Source of the DNA: an uncultured Clostridia bacterium
GTDB lineage: Bacteria > Bacillota > Clostridia > Christensenellales > UBA1242
Direction of reading: 5' to 3'
Assembly: GCA_944376845.1 (NCBI GenBank)
Contig: CALWDZ010000006.1
Location: forward strand, 964 to 64,963
DNA length: 64,000 bases
Each line of letters begins with the position of its first letter. Within the stretch, counting starts at the first letter, position 1. Shown here in pieces: positions 56,444 through 64,000 of this stretch. The translations under genes were made by a program, and so were the position numbers. The notes under the pieces were generated by a model. That model worked only from the letters and a program-made list of their open reading frames with translations. It was not told the origin of the DNA and ran no database searches.

Positions 56444-56779
56444 TCATCGCCGACTTTTTTCATTCTTATTTAAGATTTCGCAAACCTTAATTTTATCTTT
56501 TTTAGAGAATTTCCAGCCTTTACGCACACTTATATTAGACTTTTTATCAACATATTTACGGTTAATCAAATATACTTGTTTGGTTGATTTTGGATTTGGA
56601 TGTTTCTCTAATGGCACATTATTAAAAATTTTGGTTTTACCTTTTCTTTTTACTCTAACAACTGGCTTGGTAGAAATTAAAAGATTTTTTCTAAATTTAT
56701 CATCACCATCATAAACATAGGAATAATGTTTACGATGACGATTATAACCAAAATAATTTTTACGTTTGTCTTTGCTCAT
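56444..56779 (-). CDS. Highly basic protein (111 aa), possible nucleic-acid binder
   Basis: K/R-rich throughout. ATGA overlap with the upstream gene. Confidence 0.45.
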   Translation of the reverse strand: MSKDKRKNYFGYNRHRKHYSYVYDGDDKFRKNLLISTKPVVRVKRKGKTKIFNNVPLEKHPNPKSTKQVYLINRKYVDKKSNISVRKGWKFSKKDKIKVCEILNKNEKSRR

Positions 56780-58173
56780 TTCTTACCCCTTTTACTAAAC
56801 AGTGATTTTATCAACTTAAAAGGCAAAGAAACTACAAACCATACCACTTGAAATATTGCTTTTATTATTGTGCCTAGTACACTTAATATCGTAGGGAGTA
56901 TAGGCAACAAAAGGAAAATCAAAAGAATAAGCAATATAGTGCCCATCAATCGTTGCAACCAAGTTAATTGATTAGGGTTGTTTGCAGGTGTCATACTGCC
57001 AGATTGCTTATTATCAACAACACCGAGATTATAAACTTCTCCGTCTGTTTCAAACTTCAAACGAAGTAAAGTCACTTCTTCAACCCGAGTACCAGTTTCA
57101 TAATTAGTGATTGCAACACTACCAATACTATCAGCCCACTTTTGATAATCACTAGCAAAAAAATTTAACACCCACTGCTTACCATTCAAATTTCGTTTTG
57201 CAGTATCAGATAAATTTTTGCCATCCATAAATTCCGCAACAGTTTCAATTTGTTTCCAAGAATATTCAGTTTTAAAAAACAAGCCAACTTGTACTTCAGT
57301 TGTTTCGTTACTGTAAAGTGTATCAGTCACTTGTTGTTCTTCGCCATACTCATATGTTGGAAATGTTATTTGAGAAGGGTTTAATATGCCTGTATCTTCA
57401 GTCATTTTGTATATTTTATATATATAAGATATATCGACTTCAAAAAGCCTATCAATATCATAGTCAGTTGAAAAAGCAACAAAATGACTATCACAAGCCT
57501 TACCAGACCAATTTATAGCAGTTGTATATCTATAAAAACCAACATATTTTTCTGTAACTTCAACAACCTGTGTTGATTGACAATCATAATGAACCTGTCC
57601 ATTATCATCAGTTACAGCGGTGTAAAGTTTTGCAACAGAATAGGAAACTTCATCAATAGTATTATCGCTATAAACAGGAACATCTTCATCAAAATTTTCA
57701 TTCCAAGCACGGAATATTGACGAAATATCATATTGTCTTATACCTGCATTTTGCACGTAAAGATTTTCAACCCTATATTTAAAAAACACACCATTTTCAC
57801 TAACCAAAGTTAAAGCATAATTTCTATAACTTAAACTGTCAGTTAGCAAAGATATATTGATTGAAGTGGCATATAGGTTATTTACCGAAACAAAATCAAT
57901 ACCACCCGACTGGTAAACATAAATAAAAAGTTCGTTATTTTCACTTTCAGCAATTTGAATAACTTGTAAAGATGTAACATTTTCAATCAAAGGGAAATCC
58001 TTTTCTGAAAAGTTTTCATCTTTATGCAAATCTTCTAATACATCTGAATAACTTATAGTAGACTCATCATCTGCATAAGTAATCATATTGTTTAAAGGTA
58101 TAGTTAGAAAGATAAAGAGAAAAGACAAAAAGACACAACATACCAACAATAAACTATTTATCTTTCTTGTCAT
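56776..58173 (-). CDS. Secreted 465-aa protein with N-terminal signal/anchor and C-terminal double TM anchor
   Basis: 'LLLVCCVFLSFLFIFLTIPL' at the N-terminus and 'GTILLILLIFLLLPILPTILSVLGTIIKAIFQVVWFVVSLPF' at the C-terminus. The ectodomain is beta-rich. Confidence 0.55.
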   Translation of the reverse strand: MTRKINSLLLVCCVFLSFLFIFLTIPLNNMITYADDESTISYSDVLEDLHKDENFSEKDFPLIENVTSLQVIQIAESENNELFIYVYQSGGIDFVSVNNLYATSINISLLTDSLSYRNYALTLVSENGVFFKYRVENLYVQNAGIRQYDISSIFRAWNENFDEDVPVYSDNTIDEVSYSVAKLYTAVTDDNGQVHYDCQSTQVVEVTEKYVGFYRYTTAINWSGKACDSHFVAFSTDYDIDRLFEVDISYIYKIYKMTEDTGILNPSQITFPTYEYGEEQQVTDTLYSNETTEVQVGLFFKTEYSWKQIETVAEFMDGKNLSDTAKRNLNGKQWVLNFFASDYQKWADSIGSVAITNYETGTRVEEVTLLRLKFETDGEVYNLGVVDNKQSGSMTPANNPNQLTWLQRLMGTILLILLIFLLLPILPTILSVLGTIIKAIFQVVWFVVSLPFKLIKSLFSKRGKK

Positions 58174-58201
58174 AATTCCACCTTATTAAAGTAGAGTGAA
58201 A

Positions 58202-58681
58202 TTATTTATTAAATGTAACAGTTAATTGATTAGCATATGTAGGTATATCAAAGACAGACATTGTAACATCTTCTTCTTCAACTTGATTTGGTGTTATTTC
58301 AACACGGAATAGAGTTGCGTTTTCTGGAATAGTTTCAACATCAAAATTTTCATTTAATGCTTCAGTTGTTGAAATATATTCTTCATTTTCATTATAAAAC
58401 GCAAGTCTGTATGTTATATTAGCGTCATCGCTTATTTCAACAACAATTCCGTCAACTGTATAAATATCTTTTGACACAATTGATGTATTAGCGTCGACAA
58501 CAATTCCAGTTTCGTTAATTTTACCAAGACCATAATCTAAACTTGACAATGTTTTAGTAGTGGTCAATTTATCTACATTTACAAATAGGGCAACAACCGC
58601 ACCGATGATTAAAATCATAGCAACTAAAGTTAAAGCCCATTTCCATTTATCACTTTTTATATGCTTTCCTAAATTACTCAT
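58202..58681 (-). CDS. N-terminally anchored 159-aa protein
   Basis: The TM 'WALTLVAMILIIGAVVALFV' followed by a beta-rich domain. GGAGTG RBS. Confidence 0.5.
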   Translation of the reverse strand: MSNLGKHIKSDKWKWALTLVAMILIIGAVVALFVNVDKLTTTKTLSSLDYGLGKINETGIVVDANTSIVSKDIYTVDGIVVEISDDANITYRLAFYNENEEYISTTEALNENFDVETIPENATLFRVEITPNQVEEEDVTMSVFDIPTYANQLTVTFNK

Positions 58682-58743
58682 TTTTCACTCCTTAAAAATT
58701 AAATTAAAAATTTTGTCTTTTCTCTATCTATACCCAAAGAAGA

Positions 58744-58944
58744 TTACACACAATATTTTTCAACTTGCTGTAATATGTCTTGATAACTTTCCTTAATGAA
58801 AAATCCAAGACTATCGCCATTTTTATCAACGCCAGTTTCTACAAAACAAAGACCGTTAACATTTACGATGGAATATATTTTTGCTAGTGGTAATAAAACA
58901 GTTTTTTCTTCATCCAGCAGGTGAAGTTCAATAAAATTAAACAT
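58744..58944 (-). CDS. Hypothetical 66-aa protein
   Basis: ORF in the operon. It starts 1 nt after the stop of the upstream 40-aa ORF. Confidence 0.4.
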   Translation of the reverse strand: MFNFIELHLLDEEKTVLLPLAKIYSIVNVNGLCFVETGVDKNGDSLGFFIKESYQDILQQVEKYCV

Positions 58945-58945
58945 C

Positions 58946-59068
58946 TTAACCCCCTGTTGAAATAGGAAAATTTAATACTTCTTCAACACTAAAACCTTTT
59001 GCTAATAGTTCGTCAAACATCTTACGAACATCATTAAAGGTTAGTTCTGCACCGACACTTATCTTCAT
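58946..59068 (-). CDS. Hypothetical 40-aa protein (below the ORF-track cutoff)
   Basis: The manual translation is MKISVGAELTFNDVRKMFDELLAKGFSVEEVLNFPISTGG. GGTGG RBS. It fills the gap between neighbouring ORFs. Confidence 0.3.
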   Translation of the reverse strand: MKISVGAELTFNDVRKMFDELLAKGFSVEEVLNFPISTGG

Positions 59069-59080
59069 AATCCACCGCCT

Positions 59081-59539
59081 TTATGCCTTAACTTTTAATG
59101 TGTTAATGAGCATACCAAGAAGTGCTTTATCACTATCTCTCGATGGTTTAACACCACAAACATATTCTGAACCATCAGTATCAACAGTTTTGAGAGTATA
59201 AGTTGAATATGTTGATTTCTTGCCAGTAATATTGTCGGTCATTTCTTCTTTACCGATTATAAGTTGTGCTTTTGGTTGAACATCGAACAAAATATCTAGA
59301 GGTTCATAACCGCCTTTATCTTTTGGTGAAAAGTCAACTTTGACATCACGGTTTCTTACTTTGCCTTTAACAAAATAACTCCAATATTCCTTACCGTCAT
59401 TTCCGACAAAACTTTCACGCTCAACATACAATGTTGGTACAACAGTTTTTTCTTCTTTTACTTCCGTTTCTGCAACTTCATTTTTTACAATTTCATTTTC
59501 TTTCTTTTCCATAATTTCAATTCCTTTTAATACTTTCAA
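59081..59539 (-). CDS. Hypothetical 143-152-aa protein (possible OB-fold/ssDNA-binding candidate, unproven)
   Basis: Acidic N-terminus followed by a beta-rich core. An alternative ATG start at 59512 has an AAGGA RBS. Confidence 0.45.
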   Translation of the reverse strand: MKVLKGIEIMEKKENEIVKNEVAETEVKEEKTVVPTLYVERESFVGNDGKEYWSYFVKGKVRNRDVKVDFSPKDKGGYEPLDILFDVQPKAQLIIGKEEMTDNITGKKSTYSTYTLKTVDTDGSEYVCGVKPSRDSDKALLGMLINTLKVKA

Positions 59540-59623
59540 AAATTTTTTTGCTAAACTTTAACTATTCAGCCAGTGCTTGTCTAAACGCCAAGGCTTACAG
59601 TATTATTAAAAATAAAAAATAAA

Positions 59624-59914
59624 TTACTTATACTTTTCGTAATGCCTAATCGATGAACGCAACCAGCCACGACTATCTGCACGATACAAGTCACTTAAAG
59701 CCTTAGTTGCAGATGGATAACCAGTCGTAACACTGGCACATCCAGACCCTAACGAATTTTTTCGCCATTTAGGTTTATTCTTGCAACGTTTACCTGTCAA
59801 CACAATTTGATAACCACCATAAGCACGGTCAATATCTAAATAATTTTTGGTGTTCTTGCAATATTTACGATTAAGCCTAGATACTTCATCTTTTAAATCC
59901 CTAAATGTAGCCAA
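59624..59914 (-). CDS. Basic 96-aa protein, first gene of the element operon
   Basis: TTG start with AAGGAGG RBS 8-9 nt upstream. K/R-rich with no motif I recognise. Confidence 0.45.
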   Translation of the reverse strand: MATFRDLKDEVSRLNRKYCKNTKNYLDIDRAYGGYQIVLTGKRCKNKPKWRKNSLGSGCASVTTGYPSATKALSDLYRADSRGWLRSSIRHYEKYK

Positions 59915-59998
59915 TACAAATGCCTCCTTTTAATAAAGTGTTAAAAAGTACAACAAAAAAAAGTTCTACTCTTTACGCTTATAAGAGTAAAACTTTAC

Positions 59999-60015
59999 AA
60001 TATTTTTACTATGTT
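59999..60015 (+). repeat. Right copy of the 17-bp direct repeat AATATTTTTACTATGTT (candidate attR / target duplication)
   Basis: Exact match to 47787-47803. It lies 10 nt upstream of the -35 of the tRNA-His promoter. Confidence 0.6.
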
Positions 60016-60025
60016 AAAATAATAA

Positions 60026-60054
60026 TTGACAAATTTTTCTCTTTATATTATATT
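60026..60054 (+). promoter_or_regulatory. Sigma-A-type promoter of tRNA-His
   Basis: TTGACA (60026-60031), 17 nt, TATATT (60049-60054). The tRNA starts at 60067. Confidence 0.5.
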
Positions 60055-60066
60055 TGTATATGCTAT

Positions 60067-60144
60067 GGTGGATATAGCGTAGTTGGCTAACGCGCCAGAT
60101 TGTGGCTCTGGAGACCATGGGTTCAAGTCCCATTATTCACCCCA
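60067..60144 (+). tRNA. tRNA-His (anticodon GTG) with encoded G-1 and CCA
   Basis: Manual fold. G-1 plus acceptor GTGGATA/TATTCAC (one G:U), D stem GCGT/ACGC, anticodon stem CCAGA/TCTGG with loop TTGTGGC, T stem ATGGG/CCCAT with loop TTCAAGT, discriminator C, CCA. The extra 5' G opposite C73 is the tRNA-His hallmark. Confidence 0.9.
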
Positions 60145-60148
60145 TAAT

Positions 60149-60177
60149 GCTCGCATATTTTTGCGGGCTTTTTTTTA
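60149..60177 (+). terminator. Rho-independent terminator after tRNA-His
   Basis: Hairpin gctcgca / tgcgggc followed by T9. Confidence 0.65.
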
Positions 60178-60281
60178 TTTAATTTTTTGTCTACTTTTTT
60201 TAAAAAAATGCTTTAATATATAATTATAGTATGTTATAATACTAATAGTATATTAAGGCTTTTTTTGTGCAATAATTTTAG

Positions 60282-62234
<1,953 letters not shown>

Positions 62235-62243
62235 AGGTGAATT

Positions 62244-64000
62244 ATGGAAGAAAAGAAAGAATTACACGAGTTATTTAAAAATACAAAAATTCGTCAGGTA
62301 GAAGCCACTGACGAGTTAAAAAAATCATTCATTTCATATGCAATGGCGGTTAATGTTTCGCGTGCCATTCCAGATGTAAGAGATGGTTTAAAACCAGTCC
62401 ATAGGCGTATTTTATACTCCATGGGTGAACTTGGAAACTTTAGCGATAAACCATATAAAAAGTGTGCAAGAATTGTTGGTGAAGTTATGGGTAAATATCA
62501 CCCACACGGCGACAGTTCTGTGTATGATGCATTAGTTCGTCTTGCGCAAGACTTTTCAATAAGGTATCCACTAATTGACGGACACGGAAACTTTGGTTCT
62601 GTCGACGGTGACAGCCCTGCTGCTATGCGTTACACCGAAGCAAGACTTAGTAAAATTGCTGAGTATATGCTTGAAGATATAGATAAAGAAACCGTTGATT
62701 TTTATCCAAACTTTGATGATACACTTATGCAACCAAGAGTGCTTCCTGCAAAATTTCCAAACCTACTTGTAAATGGTGCAGATGGTATTGCTGTTGGTAT
62801 GGCAACAAACATTCCACCACACAATTTAAGTGAAGTTATAAGCGGTGTCCAAGCACTTATCAAAAATCCTGAAATAACCATTGACGAACTTATGGAATAT
62901 ATTCCAGCACCAGATTTTCCAACTGGTGGCATAATTATGGGCAGAAATGCCGTACGCCTTGCCTACACTACAGGCCGTGGCGGAATAGTTGTTCGTGGTA
63001 AAGCAGAAATTGAAGAAACACCAAGCGGAAGATATAAAATAGTTATAACTGAACTTCCATATGGCGTAAATAAAGCCCGATTTATTATGCAAATGGCGGA
63101 TATGGTCAAGAATAAAAAACTTGAAGGCATTTCCGATATAAAGGAAGAGTCTGACCGTGACGGACTTAGAGTTGTTGTTGAGGTCAAAAAAGATGCCAAT
63201 GCACAAGTAGTACTCAATACGCTTTATAAAAAGACAATGCTTCAACAAAGTGAAGGTATAATAATGCTTGCACTTGTTGACGGCGAACCAAAGGTTTTGA
63301 ACTTAAAGCAAATTTTGTATTATTATCTTGAACATCAAAAAGATGTGCTAATCCGCAAAACAAAGTTTGACCTTAAAAAAGCCGAAGAGCGTATGCATAT
63401 TGTGCTTGGACTCAAAATCGCCCTTGCAAACATTGACGAAGTCATCAAGATTATAAAAGAAGCGGACGATAAAGAAGATGCTAAGAACAAACTTACCACA
63501 AACTTTGAACTTGACGAAATTCAAGCAAATGCAATACTTGATATGAGACTCAGCAAACTTACAAGTTTGGAAGTTGAAAAACTTAACGAAGAATATGCTG
63601 AACTTGAAAAGACTATCAATGAATTAAATAGCATCCTTTCAAGCGAAGAAAAAGTTCTATCAATTATAAATGACAATCTTGAAGCAATTAAAAATCAGTT
63701 TGGCGATGCAAGGAAGACAGAACTTAGCCACGATTCAAGCGATATAAATATTGCCGACCTAATAAAGAAAGAAGATGTTGTTGTTTCAATGACAAATCTT
63801 GGCTATATCAAACGTATGAGTATGAGTGAATACAAGGCTCAAAAGCGTGGCGGTGTGGGAATTAGCGCGCACAAGACAAAGGAAGAAGATTTTGTTAAAG
63901 ATATATTTATTGTCAACTCTCATGACGATTTGATGTTCTTTACAAACTTTGGAAAAGTCTACACCATAAAAACATACGAAATTCCAGAGGCACAGCGTCA
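62244..64000 (+). CDS. gyrA: DNA gyrase subunit A (5' portion; runs off the window, so absent from the ORF track)
   Basis: The manual translation from ATG 62244 gives MEEKKELHE..SFISYAMAVNVSRAIPDVRDGLKPVHRRILYSM..KYHPHGDSSVYDALVRLAQDFS..AAMRYTEARL (active-site Tyr region). The frame stays open to 64000. Confidence 0.95.
   Translation, partial: MEEKKELHELFKNTKIRQVEATDELKKSFISYAMAVNVSRAIPDVRDGLKPVHRRILYSMGELGNFSDKPYKKCARIVGEVMGKYHPHGDSSVYDALVRLAQDFSIRYPLIDGHGNFGSVDGDSPAAMRYTEARLSKIAEYMLEDIDKETVDFYPNFDDTLMQPRVLPAKFPNLLVNGADGIAVGMATNIPPHNLSEVISGVQALIKNPEITIDELMEYIPAPDFPTGGIIMGRNAVRLAYTTGRGGIVVRGKAEIEETPSGRYKIVITELPYGVNKARFIMQMADMVKNKKLEGISDIKEESDRDGLRVVVEVKKDANAQVVLNTLYKKTMLQQSEGIIMLALVDGEPKVLNLKQILYYYLEHQKDVLIRKTKFDLKKAEERMHIVLGLKIALANIDEVIKIIKEADDKEDAKNKLTTNFELDEIQANAILDMRLSKLTSLEVEKLNEEYAELEKTINELNSILSSEEKVLSIINDNLEAIKNQFGDARKTELSHDSSDINIADLIKKEDVVVSMTNLGYIKRMSMSEYKAQKRGGVGISAHKTKEEDFVKDIFIVNSHDDLMFFTNFGKVYTIKTYEIPEAQR

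Larger units (their letters stand above)
47804..59998 (-). mobile_element. Candidate 12.2-kb integrated element: IS30-type transposase, HUH Rep, and a membrane-protein operon (filamentous/pleomorphic-virus-like or a novel RCR transposable element)
   Basis: It is bounded by the 17-bp direct repeat plus 7-bp terminal inverted repeats. It lies between the DUF1273-like gene's stop and the tRNA-His promoter and interrupts the recF..gyrB neighbourhood. The gene content is listed as separate features. Confidence 0.55.

Noticed and set aside
50099-59914. Microviridae-type or tailed (Caudoviricetes) prophage interpretation of the element
   Set aside because: The Rep motifs are microvirus-like, but no ORF resembles a jelly-roll major capsid or pilot protein, and a 12-kb size with polytopic membrane proteins does not fit. 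No terminase, portal, HK97-like capsid, tail or lysis cassette is visible, so tailed phage is excluded. A minimal conjugative element remains a less favoured alternative and is noted in the findings.

Overview
This is an AT-rich chromosomal window that uses the standard genetic code and looks like a low-GC Firmicutes anaerobe (rubrerythrin, CwlD-like amidase, DUF1540, Gram-positive-style RBSs). Most of it is + strand housekeeping: rluA-family synthase, typA, dnaB, glyQS/nrnA (- strand), ABC-F, ftsH, aspS, lysS, tRNA-Val, queH, lepB, recF, tRNA-His, gyrB and partial gyrA. Four things are not ordinary. (1) recF and gyrB are separated by a ~17 kb accessory island. Its last 12.2 kb (47804-59998) is flanked by a 17-bp direct repeat and sits just upstream of the tRNA-His promoter. 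It carries an IS30-family transposase, a two-tyrosine HUH rolling-circle Rep, a GC-rich two-tier hairpin, and a tightly packed - strand operon of membrane or secreted proteins. It has no capsid, terminase, portal or tail genes. I read it as a candidate filamentous or pleomorphic (plectrovirus/inovirus/plasmavirus-like) prophage, or a new transposase-borne rolling-circle element. (2) A mosaic of GC-richer interspersed hairpin repeats fills at least 11 intergenic regions. Several modules show compensatory base-pair changes between copies, and some hairpins have G:U pairs only on the + strand. (3) There is a 3244-aa lipoprotein-anchored giant surface protein. (4) Two paralogous divergent XRE-regulator / DUF1273(SLOG)-like gene modules are present. 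All functional calls come from motif reading of the supplied translations; no database search was possible.
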